Source of the DNA: a virus
DNA: 41,846 bases
Virus record (IMG/VR): IMGVR_UViG_3300021426_003461
Direction: 5' to 3' (one strand)
The position numbers and the translations under genes are program-made. Shown here in pieces: positions 25,547-33,631 of this stretch. The notes under the pieces are model-generated. The model searched no databases and was not told the DNA's origin. It saw only the letters and a list, made by a program, of their open reading frames with translations. Position 1 is the first letter of the stretch. Each line of letters opens with the position of its first letter.

Positions 25547-25898
25547 GATCTTGGTTAATCTTCCGTTAGCACTAACTTTTATAGTTAGTGTACTGATGAT
25601 ATGTCCGTACGCTTGTCTAATAAACAGGTAGGAGTAGGTAGCTATTCCCATGTCGTCAGTACAGTACTTATAAAAGAGTACTAAGTGGCTTAATTCAATC
25701 TCGTGCTATTCCTTGTGGGTAGCACAGAGTAGATATATAAATAATGGACTAGTAAAGGTTTGATAGGAGTAATTACCTATATTCTAGGCGATTTGATTAA
25801 TCACTCTTTTAATTTAATCAACTAAAAGAGAAAACACTTTGTATCTATTCTGTGGTATCTACAATGATACTAAGTCGATATTACATCGACTTTTTTTG
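25547..25898 (+). ncRNA. Unassigned highly structured RNA (about 350 nt)
   Basis: Helices read by eye: 25570-25577/25583-25590; 25591-25603/25649-25661; 25631-25637/25642-25648; 25663-25668/25677-25682; 25703-25708/25720-25725; 25804-25811/25823-25830; terminator at the end; no ORF. Confidence 0.75.
25872..25898 (+). terminator. Intrinsic terminator AAGTCGAT-ATTAC-ATCGACTTTTTTT
   Basis: 8-bp stem plus T run. Confidence 0.92.
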
Positions 25899-26011
25899 TG
25901 GGGTAAATCCCATAATTTGTTTGAAAAAAGGCAAACTTAATGGTGGCATAATGCAATGTTGATATCAATTGCTAAGGGTAAACGTTAAGGTGGCAAGAGG
26001 AGGAAAAAAGT

Positions 26012-26629
26012 ATGGATAACAAATTTGAAAAAGTAATGAAATTAAACATTCAATTATTTGCAGAAGGAGAAGAAGAAAAAGATTCAACTCCGGCAAAGGC
26101 AGAAGAAAAAGAAGAAGTAATGACTTTTGATGAAATTCTTGAAGATAAAACATATCAAGGAGAATTCGATAAACGCATTACTAAAGCTCAAGAAACTGCA
26201 GTTGCAAAAGCAAAAGAACAATGGGAGAAGGAACAAGCTCAAAAAGTAGCTGAATCTAAAAAATTGGCTGATATGGACGAAATTCAAAAAAAAGATTATG
26301 AAATTGAGAATCTAAAAAAAGAATTAGCTCAACGTGATGCTGATAAGCAAGCAACTGATTTAATGAATGAAGCTATAAAACAAGCGAGTGAAAAAGGTAT
26401 CCCTTTAGAATTTATGACTGCATTGAACTATAAAAATGAAACAGCCGAAAGCATTACAAAGAAAATAGAAGTATATGCAAAAGGCCTTCAAACAATAAAA
26501 ACAAATGCAATAGAAAATTATTCTAAAGAAAGTGCTCCACAAGTGGGTAATTACAAAGGGGAAACAAAAGAATACTCAAAAATGAGTTATGAAGAACTAA
26601 GTAAACTACCTGAATTTCAAGAAAAATAA
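26012..26629 (+). CDS. Phage scaffold protein
   Basis: LNIQLFAEGEEE..., Glu/Lys-rich coiled coil, immediately before major capsid gene. Confidence 0.85.
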   Translation: MDNKFEKVMKLNIQLFAEGEEEKDSTPAKAEEKEEVMTFDEILEDKTYQGEFDKRITKAQETAVAKAKEQWEKEQAQKVAESKKLADMDEIQKKDYEIENLKKELAQRDADKQATDLMNEAIKQASEKGIPLEFMTALNYKNETAESITKKIEVYAKGLQTIKTNAIENYSKESAPQVGNYKGETKEYSKMSYEELSKLPEFQEK

Positions 26630-26652
26630 AATAAAGAAAGAAGGAAAAAATA

Positions 26653-27660
26653 ATGCCAAAATTTGACAAAAAATCATTTAATGAAAAAGCTTTTGGTAAG
26701 TACATGGAAACTGTACCAAGAGAAAGATTAAATACTTTAATCAAAGCAAATATTTTTAAAAGCAATCAAAATATTAGAGATACATTTAGTTCTCAAACAG
26801 GAAGTGCATATGCTGTAATTCCAATGATTGGCAGATTAAAGGGAACTCCTGCTAATTATGATGGAACTACTGATTATGGAGATGCAAAGAAATTAAATAC
26901 TTATGAACGAGGAGTAGTAGTAATTGGTCGTAAAGATAAATTCTCTGAAGAAGATTTCTCATACGACATTACTAGTGGGGTAGACTTTATGAGTCAAGTT
27001 GGTGCTCAATTAGGAGACTATTGGGATACTGCTAACGAAGATATCTTAATATCTATCGTAAAAGGTTTATTTGCAAGCTCTACTGAATTCGCTACAAAGC
27101 ATACAAGTGAAGTAACTAGCTTTACTGAAACTGCATTAAACAGTGCAATTCAAAAAGCATCTGGAGACAGAAAGCAAAAATTCTCATTAGCAATTATGCA
27201 TAGTGCAAAAGCTACTGAGTTAGAAAATTTAAAAGTATTAAATTACTTAAAATATACTGATCCAAATGGTATTGAAGTTCAATTAAATTTAGCTCAATGG
27301 AATGGAAGACTAGTATTAGTAGATGATGAAATCACAACTATTACAGCTGATAATACAACTAAATATGTAACATATGTATTTGGTAATGGTTCATTCGATT
27401 ATGAAGATATTGGAGCTAAAGTTCCATATGAAATGGATAGAGATGCCGATAATGATCAAGATATATTATATTCTCGTGAAAGAATTGTTATCGCTCCATA
27501 TGGATTCTCATATACAAAAGCAAAGCAAGCTACACTTTCTCCAACTAATGAAGAATTAGCAGATGGTTCTAACTGGGAATTAGTAAAGGATGGAGAAGGA
27601 CACGATATCAATCATAAAGAGATTGCTATTGCAAGAATTATCTCTCCAGTTGAAGCTTAA
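26653..27660 (+). CDS. Major capsid protein
   Basis: Size, position, TGSAYAVIPMIGRLKGTPANYDGTTDYG and IVIAPYGFSYTK. Confidence 0.88.
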   Translation: MPKFDKKSFNEKAFGKYMETVPRERLNTLIKANIFKSNQNIRDTFSSQTGSAYAVIPMIGRLKGTPANYDGTTDYGDAKKLNTYERGVVVIGRKDKFSEEDFSYDITSGVDFMSQVGAQLGDYWDTANEDILISIVKGLFASSTEFATKHTSEVTSFTETALNSAIQKASGDRKQKFSLAIMHSAKATELENLKVLNYLKYTDPNGIEVQLNLAQWNGRLVLVDDEITTITADNTTKYVTYVFGNGSFDYEDIGAKVPYEMDRDADNDQDILYSRERIVIAPYGFSYTKAKQATLSPTNEELADGSNWELVKDGEGHDINHKEIAIARIISPVEA

Positions 27661-27899
27661 TGAAGTATAAAAACAAAGTATCAGGAGAAGTAATCGAACC
27701 TAAAACTTTTACTGAAAAATATATTTGTGAGAACAATTCAAATTATGAAATTGTTTCTAATAATAAATATAAAGAACCAATAGAAGAGGAAGTAGTAGAA
27801 GAAGTAATCGAACCTGCTGAAGAAATATCAGTGGAAGAACCAATAGAAGAGGAAGTAATAACAGTTCCTACTTCTGATAAGAAAAAAAATAAAAAATAA
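27660..27899 (+). CDS. Small acidic head-module protein
   Basis: ORF coupled to capsid stop; EEEVVEEVIEPAEE acidic region. Confidence 0.6.
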   Translation: MKYKNKVSGEVIEPKTFTEKYICENNSNYEIVSNNKYKEPIEEEVVEEVIEPAEEISVEEPIEEEVITVPTSDKKKNKK

Positions 27900-27911
27900 G
27901 GAGAGTGCATC

Positions 27912-28274
27912 ATGGAAGAAAATACAAATGAAGAAATAACAGAAGAAACTAAAATTAATGAAATTTTAGAAGAAATAAAAAAAGATTTAAGTGACAACTA
28001 TTATGATAATGATGATACTGTACTTAAAAACCTGTTAGAAGATGTTATTGCTGATGCTCTTTCCATTTCTAACAGGAAATTTAAAAGTGACAAAGTGAAT
28101 CAAATAGAAATTTTAAGTAGCAATATAAAAAAAGCTGTTAAAACCATATACATTCAAAGAGGTACTGAAGATGTTAAAACTAGTGGAGAAGCTGGAGAAA
28201 GTAAAACTTATGCCGATTCAATAGAAATAATGGAAAAAGACATAATAAGACAGAATAAGAGGATTATGATCTAA
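27912..28274 (+). CDS. Head-tail connector (gp6/gp15-like)
   Basis: Position and size; helical, YADSIEIMEKDIIRQNKR. Confidence 0.6.
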   Translation: MEENTNEEITEETKINEILEEIKKDLSDNYYDNDDTVLKNLLEDVIADALSISNRKFKSDKVNQIEILSSNIKKAVKTIYIQRGTEDVKTSGEAGESKTYADSIEIMEKDIIRQNKRIMI

Positions 28275-28606
28275 TGCAATTAAAAAGATTACTTGAATGC
28301 TCTTTGAATCTTAAAGTTCGTAAAAAACAGACTAATGGTACATATAAAGAAATTGGTAATACCTTAATAGACACGTATAAAGTTGAAAAAGAAGAATTAG
28401 TTGATCAAGTAAGTGCAACCGTATATGGTGCAAATGTAAATAAAACTTATAGATTGCATTCTAATTTGAAAAAACTAGAAAAGTATTTGTCTGATAAGGT
28501 TAATCATAGTGATGATAATGTATCTAAATACTTTATTACTATTGGAAATGATAATTATAAGATAGTTGCAGTAAAGAAAAATTGGATTGATGTTGAACTA
28601 ATATGA
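28274..28606 (+). CDS. Head-tail joining/head closure protein
   Basis: Position and size between connector and HK97 gp10-like gene. Confidence 0.55.
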   Translation: MQLKRLLECSLNLKVRKKQTNGTYKEIGNTLIDTYKVEKEELVDQVSATVYGANVNKTYRLHSNLKKLEKYLSDKVNHSDDNVSKYFITIGNDNYKIVAVKKNWIDVELI

Positions 28607-29109
28607 AAACGTTAGATCAATTAAGTGAATCTCTACTTGTTTGGAGAGATAAAAAAATAAAAAGACTTATAGAAGCTCAAAAAATAACAGCTGAACAGGT
28701 CCACAAAGATGTTTTAATTAATGCACCTCATAATACAGGTGAATATGCATCAAGTATAAAAGTATCAGAGACTACATATGAAAATAACGTTATACGTACT
28801 TCTATATACACGGATATGACTAGTGCTGATGATAGCAGTATAGTTATTGGAAGAATGATAGAACATGGTACTGGTATATATGCATTAGAGCCACATATAG
28901 GACATACTAAGACATTCAAAGAAAGTGGATATCAATATTGGTATGTACCTGCGAAATCAGTTAAACGTGCCATAGGAAGAAGTATATTCATTAATGGAGT
29001 AGAATTCTATATTGCATATGCCCAGCCTGCAAAGCCACACTTTTTACCAGCTTTACAAAAAAATAAATCTTTTTACTTAAATGAAATTAGAAAGGCAATG
29101 AGAAAATGA
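28603..29109 (+). CDS. HK97 gp10-like tail/neck protein
   Basis: INAPHNTGEYASSIKVSETTYENNVIRTSIYT ... MIEHGTGIYALEPH. Confidence 0.75.
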   Translation: MKTLDQLSESLLVWRDKKIKRLIEAQKITAEQVHKDVLINAPHNTGEYASSIKVSETTYENNVIRTSIYTDMTSADDSSIVIGRMIEHGTGIYALEPHIGHTKTFKESGYQYWYVPAKSVKRAIGRSIFINGVEFYIAYAQPAKPHFLPALQKNKSFYLNEIRKAMRK

Positions 29110-29489
29110 AAGAAGTAAGAGAATTATTCCAAGCAAAATTTAATGAAATATCGGCCATTGAATCAGGACCACCAATTCCAGATTCAATCATTGAAGAAGG
29201 AACAACTTATTTTGGATATGAATTGCAAGAATCGTTTTTAAATAGTGACACTGATAGCAATTATGCAATGCAAATATCAATAATTGGTAGATTAGTGAGA
29301 AAAGATTTAGCTAAAGAAAACACATTAGAGATAATTGATGAAGCTTTGGAATCACTTAAAGAAAAGTTAAAAGAATTACATATTAAATACTCATATAGAG
29401 ATATTTCGATAGAAAATGGTATTCGTAAGATACAAGTATCTGGAGATTGTAGATATAGTGAGTTAATAAAGAAAAATAGGGTTCAATAG
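29106..29489 (+). CDS. Tail terminator-like protein
   Basis: Position, size. Confidence 0.55.
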   Translation: MKEVRELFQAKFNEISAIESGPPIPDSIIEEGTTYFGYELQESFLNSDTDSNYAMQISIIGRLVRKDLAKENTLEIIDEALESLKEKLKELHIKYSYRDISIENGIRKIQVSGDCRYSELIKKNRVQ

Positions 29490-29519
29490 AACTCTTTTAT
29501 TTTGAAAGGAGAAAAAAAT

Positions 29520-29966
29520 ATGGATGAAGTGTTAGATTATTCTACATTTAATGGAACTAAACTTGAGTACAGTGAAAATAATACTACTTGGACTCAAGTA
29601 AAAGGATTAACAAAAGTTCCTGATATTGGTGGAGAACCTAATAAAGTTGATACTACTACATTAGATAATAAGAAGTATCAAACAAATAAAAATGGTTTAA
29701 TGCCAGCACAAAGTTATGCATATGAATTTAATTTAGAAGATCCTAGTGCTACAGCTAATATTAAGCTAGCTAGTGATCTAGAAGATGCAGGTAAAGTTTA
29801 TCATTGGAAACTTACATATTCAAATGGAATTGTTGTAACATATGATTCTGATGTAAGAACTGATATCAAAGGTGGAGGTAGTGATGAATTAATTAAATTC
29901 GGAATGTATCATTCACCAGTTGGTGAACCAGTAAGAACAATACCTACTGAAACAGTTGGAAATTAA
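29520..29966 (+). CDS. Major tail tube protein
   Basis: WTQVKGLTKVPDIGGEPNKVDTTTLDNKKYQTNKNGLMPAQSYAYEF. Confidence 0.88.
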   Translation: MDEVLDYSTFNGTKLEYSENNTTWTQVKGLTKVPDIGGEPNKVDTTTLDNKKYQTNKNGLMPAQSYAYEFNLEDPSATANIKLASDLEDAGKVYHWKLTYSNGIVVTYDSDVRTDIKGGGSDELIKFGMYHSPVGEPVRTIPTETVGN

Positions 29967-29968
29967 AA

Positions 29969-30037
29969 AGGTATAGAGACAAACTAGATTTGCTCAACAG
30001 AAAAAGAGGATTAGTTTAATTTCTATACCTCTTTTTT
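29969..30037 (+). terminator. Long imperfect hairpin with U-tract after tail tube gene
   Basis: AGGTATAGA/TCTATACCT outer stem, AAACTA/TAGTTT inner stem, then CTTTTTTT. Confidence 0.6.
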
Positions 30038-30076
30038 TGTATATAAAAATAAAAAAACAAAGGAGATTTTATAAAA

Positions 30077-30442
30077 ATGAATTATCACATAATTGAATTA
30101 AATGGAAAAGAAATTAAATTCAGATTAAAAAGTAAGGATAGCATTGAAATAGAAAGAAAATATGGAAAATCAGTTATTGATTTAATTGGCGATCCTTCAA
30201 TGACAAGTGTCATTACATTACTAAAATATATGAGAAGAGGAGAAATTCCAAATTTTAGTGATGACAATACATACGAACTATATGATTCGTTAGTAGACAA
30301 CAACTATGTAATGGAAACTATATTAACAGAAATTCTATATCCAACATTAGTTGTAAGTGGTTTTTTGAAAAAAGAGGACATGGACGAAGCTCTAGCGAAT
30401 ATAGAGAACAAAAAGAGTTCCGACAAAAACCAAGAAGACTAG
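30077..30442 (+). CDS. Tail assembly chaperone (gpG-like)
   Basis: Position between tail tube and tape measure; -1 slippery site near the 3' end. Confidence 0.8.
   Translation: MNYHIIELNGKEIKFRLKSKDSIEIERKYGKSVIDLIGDPSMTSVITLLKYMRRGEIPNFSDDNTYELYDSLVDNNYVMETILTEILYPTLVVSGFLKKEDMDEALANIENKKSSDKNQED
30361..30367 (+). promoter_or_regulatory. Programmed -1 ribosomal frameshift slippery heptamer T TTT TTG
   Basis: Correct phase relative to ORF 30077..30442; -1 frame open to 30726. Confidence 0.75.
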
Positions 30443-30726
30443 AACCAATTATAGAAAAACTATATGAAGAACTATTAGAATTTGATTTCAAGTATGAAGA
30501 ACTCTATGAAATGACTGTTAAAGAACTGATGAAAACACTTGAAAACAGAAAAAAAGGATTAGGATACAAATTATGGAAACAAGCATATTTAATAGGCCAA
30601 GCTGTATGGTCTAAAGATTTTCCACAGAAGTCTGAAGATGCATGTCCAGAATTATATCCTAAAAAATCAGGTATACCTATGCCAGATTTTCTTAGAGAAA
30701 AATACATAAAGAGAGGAGGTAGGTAG
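30367..30726 (+). CDS. Tail assembly chaperone frameshift extension (gpT-like part of gpGT)
   Basis: Open -1 frame, ORF-track entry 30511..30726 is its distal part. Confidence 0.75.
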   Translation, partial: EKRGHGRSSSEYREQKEFRQKPRRLEPIIEKLYEELLEFDFKYEELYEMTVKELMKTLENRKKGLGYKLWKQAYLIGQAVWSKDFPQKSEDACPELYPKKSGIPMPDFLREKYIKRGGR

Positions 30727-30728
30727 GT

Positions 30729-33254
30729 ATGGATGATAAAGAAAAATTTGGTGTCGAGTTGGAGTTGATAACTAATTCATTTAAGAAGAAATTTGATGAA
30801 GTAGTCAAGAAAACAAAAGATTCTTCTAAACAAATAAAAAGCCAAGTATTATCAGGATGGACCGTTGGAATTGATACTAAAGGAGCATATGAGCATTTAG
30901 ATCAACTAAAGAAAAAAGCTGAAGATTTAGCTAAAGAAAATAAAGTTGATGTAAAAGTAGATAATAATGGTATCGGTGCAACATTAGAGCAATATAGTAA
31001 GATGTCTGATGAAGTTGTTAATAAATTCACAATGTTAAATAGTCAAATAAGAGATTCATCAAAAGAATTAAATGAGTCTGGGACATTTTTTGGAAAATTA
31101 GGTCAAAAGGCGAGAAATTTTTCTGATGAATTAAAAAGTGCTTGGGATAGTGTTGACAGTATAAAAGAAATAAAGAAAAATCTTAAAGAACTGCAAAGCG
31201 ACATTAATGTACAAGCTTTTGATACATTAAAATCAACGATGGAATCGTTAGGAAATGTAAAAATGTCGGACAGTGAGTTTAAAAACTTACTTATTCAAAC
31301 TGAGGCATACACAGATGAATTAAAACAGGCATTTGAAATGAAACAAAAGATAAAATCTATAAAATTAGATGATATAAATTTAAAAGTAAAAGATAATGTA
31401 TTTAGTAACATAATTAACAAAGCAAAAGCAACAGGAGCTTTAATTAAACAACATTTAAGTGATTCATTTGCTGGAAAGACAATTAGCAAAGTAAAAGAAT
31501 TCGGAGCAAAAGTTGCAGACATTTTCACAAAAGCAAAACCAAATATATCTGGATTTGGAGATAGAATTTCAAAGGCATTTTCTTCAGGAATAGGAAGCAT
31601 CAAACGTTTTGCAATTGGATTATTAGGTATAAGAACTATAATGGGCTTTATAACACAACAAGCAAAAGAATATATATCTAATAATGAACAACTTCAAGCT
31701 CAAGCACAAGCTTTAAGTGCAGGGTTTCAACAACTATTAGCTCCTGTGATTGAAAGAATAGTTGGATTAGCATCTAGAATAATGGCATATGTAGGAGCTA
31801 TCATAAAATTAATTACAGGTGTAGATATCTTAGCAAAAGGAATGGCAAGTGTATCTAAAAATACCAAAAGTGCATCTAAGTCAGCAAAAGAAATGAAAGG
31901 TTCACTAAGTGGATTAGATGAAATAATTAATATTGCAAGTGATTCTGGAGATTCAGGTGGCGGAGGAGATGCAGGATTGCCAGAAGCTCAATTTCCTGAA
32001 ATAGATACAGCACCATTAGAAAAGTTTATCAATAAAGCCAAAGAACTATTTGCTAAGATATTTGAGCCTTTTCAAAAAGCATGGGAAAAGAATAAAGAAG
32101 GTCTTATTTCAAGTTTTACTGGAATGGTTGATAGTTTAGCTGGTTTAGGAAAATCAGTAGGTGAAAGTTTATTAGAAGTTTGGACTAATGGAACTGGAGA
32201 AGAAATAATATCAAACATTCTTGAAGGATGGCAACAAATATTTGATATTGTTGGAGGAATAGCTGATGCTTTACAACATGCTTGGGATAATGCAGGAAAT
32301 GGTACAGCAATTATTCAAGCTATATCAGACATATTTATAGATATTCAAGAATTTGCTCTATCAATTGGAGATAGCATTAAAAAATGGGTTTTATCAGAAG
32401 AATTTCAAACAGCATTAGATAGAGTTGTTAGTTTTATAAAGGATATTGCAGAAGGTATTAAGAATGTATGTGATTGGTTATTAGAAATGTATAACAAATA
32501 TGCAAAACCAATTATAGACGAAAAATTATTACCAATGATTGATGAAGTGATAATTGCTATTTCTGATGTATGGAATGCTTGTAAACCAGTTATAGATAAA
32601 ATAGTAGATGCAATAAGAAAATATGTTGAACCAGTAATAAAAGATGTATGCAAAGCTCTAGGTGGTGTAATAGATATTATTAGAGGTATTGCACAGTTTG
32701 TTAGTGGAGTGTTCACTGGAGACTGGAAAAAAGCATGGACTGGTATAAAAACAATATTTAAAGGTATTTGGGATACATTATCAGGAATTGTATCTGGAGT
32801 GTTTAATGCTATATGGGGTGCTATAAAAGGTGTCTTAAATGTCATAATCGGAGGTTTTGAAGGATTTATTAACATTGTAATAAAAGGACTAAATAAATTA
32901 TTAAAACCACTTAGAGATTTAGGAAATGAAGTGCTTAAATTAGTAGGAGCTAAGGTAAGTATTGGAAATATATCAACTGTAAGTCTTCCAAGACTTGATG
33001 TTGGTACTGATTATGTTCCTGCTGATATGATGGCTATTATCCATAAAGGAGAAAAAATAATACCTAAAAAGTTCAATAGTGAACAATATATTAATCAGAT
33101 ATCTAATAATCAAGAAACAAATGATTTGTTGAGAGAATTAATAGAAGTCATAGAAGGTAAAGATACTAATTTTTCTGTTGATGGTAAAGAATTAGCACGT
33201 GTTGTAAGAAAATATAATAATCAACACGACAGAATTATGGGGAGGTCATATTAA
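30729..33254 (+). CDS. Tail tape measure protein
   Basis: Long helical protein, repeated amphipathic/hydrophobic sections, C-terminal VGTDYVPADMMAIIHKGEKIIPKKFN. Confidence 0.92.
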   Translation: MDDKEKFGVELELITNSFKKKFDEVVKKTKDSSKQIKSQVLSGWTVGIDTKGAYEHLDQLKKKAEDLAKENKVDVKVDNNGIGATLEQYSKMSDEVVNKFTMLNSQIRDSSKELNESGTFFGKLGQKARNFSDELKSAWDSVDSIKEIKKNLKELQSDINVQAFDTLKSTMESLGNVKMSDSEFKNLLIQTEAYTDELKQAFEMKQKIKSIKLDDINLKVKDNVFSNIINKAKATGALIKQHLSDSFAGKTISKVKEFGAKVADIFTKAKPNISGFGDRISKAFSSGIGSIKRFAIGLLGIRTIMGFITQQAKEYISNNEQLQAQAQALSAGFQQLLAPVIERIVGLASRIMAYVGAIIKLITGVDILAKGMASVSKNTKSASKSAKEMKGSLSGLDEIINIASDSGDSGGGGDAGLPEAQFPEIDTAPLEKFINKAKELFAKIFEPFQKAWEKNKEGLISSFTGMVDSLAGLGKSVGESLLEVWTNGTGEEIISNILEGWQQIFDIVGGIADALQHAWDNAGNGTAIIQAISDIFIDIQEFALSIGDSIKKWVLSEEFQTALDRVVSFIKDIAEGIKNVCDWLLEMYNKYAKPIIDEKLLPMIDEVIIAISDVWNACKPVIDKIVDAIRKYVEPVIKDVCKALGGVIDIIRGIAQFVSGVFTGDWKKAWTGIKTIFKGIWDTLSGIVSGVFNAIWGAIKGVLNVIIGGFEGFINIVIKGLNKLLKPLRDLGNEVLKLVGAKVSIGNISTVSLPRLDVGTDYVPADMMAIIHKGEKIIPKKFNSEQYINQISNNQETNDLLRELIEVIEGKDTNFSVDGKELARVVRKYNNQHDRIMGRSY

Positions 33255-33631
33255 TGAATGTATGGTACGTAAAAATTAATGGAGCATATACTAAAATGCC
33301 ATCTCCATCAAAATATGGAGGAGAATGTGAAGACTTAGATTCAAATTCATATAGATCTGTTGCTACAGGAGATTTAATAGATAGTGTGATTAGTACTAGA
33401 TGGAGTAAATTAAAATTCTCATATAATTGTTTATCAGAAGAAGATTTTAATTATATTTCAAATATAATAAGACAAAATCCAATAGAAGCAAAATGTTTAC
33501 ATCCAATATATAGTGGAGGTTATATTGAAGCAAAATTTAGAGTATCAAAGTTTTCATGGGATATATTAGAGACAGGAGACTATTCACTGTCTTTTAATAT
33601 GGTTCAAAAGAAGAAAGTGAGCGGTCAATAA
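33254..33631 (+). CDS. Distal tail-like small protein
   Basis: Position directly after tape measure; size. Confidence 0.55.
   Translation: MNVWYVKINGAYTKMPSPSKYGGECEDLDSNSYRSVATGDLIDSVISTRWSKLKFSYNCLSEEDFNYISNIIRQNPIEAKCLHPIYSGGYIEAKFRVSKFSWDILETGDYSLSFNMVQKKKVSGQ

Noticed and set aside
25547-25898. Considered tmRNA or RNase P RNA
   Set aside because: No second tRNA-like 3' half with GTTCRA...CCA at the 3' end, no obvious tag reading frame, and no recognisable RNase P core motifs; ends instead in an intrinsic terminator. A covariance-model scan is still needed.
24935-25898. Considered an IscB/HEARO or CRISPR-like RNA-guided system because an HNH-like gene neighbours a large RNA
   Set aside because: The HNH-like protein is only 129 aa with no RuvC or bridge-helix segment, and the RNA is downstream rather than upstream of it.
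30511-30726. Independent gene after the tail chaperone
   Set aside because: Its frame is open upstream to the slippery heptamer and lacks a credible start; best explained as the -1 frameshift extension.
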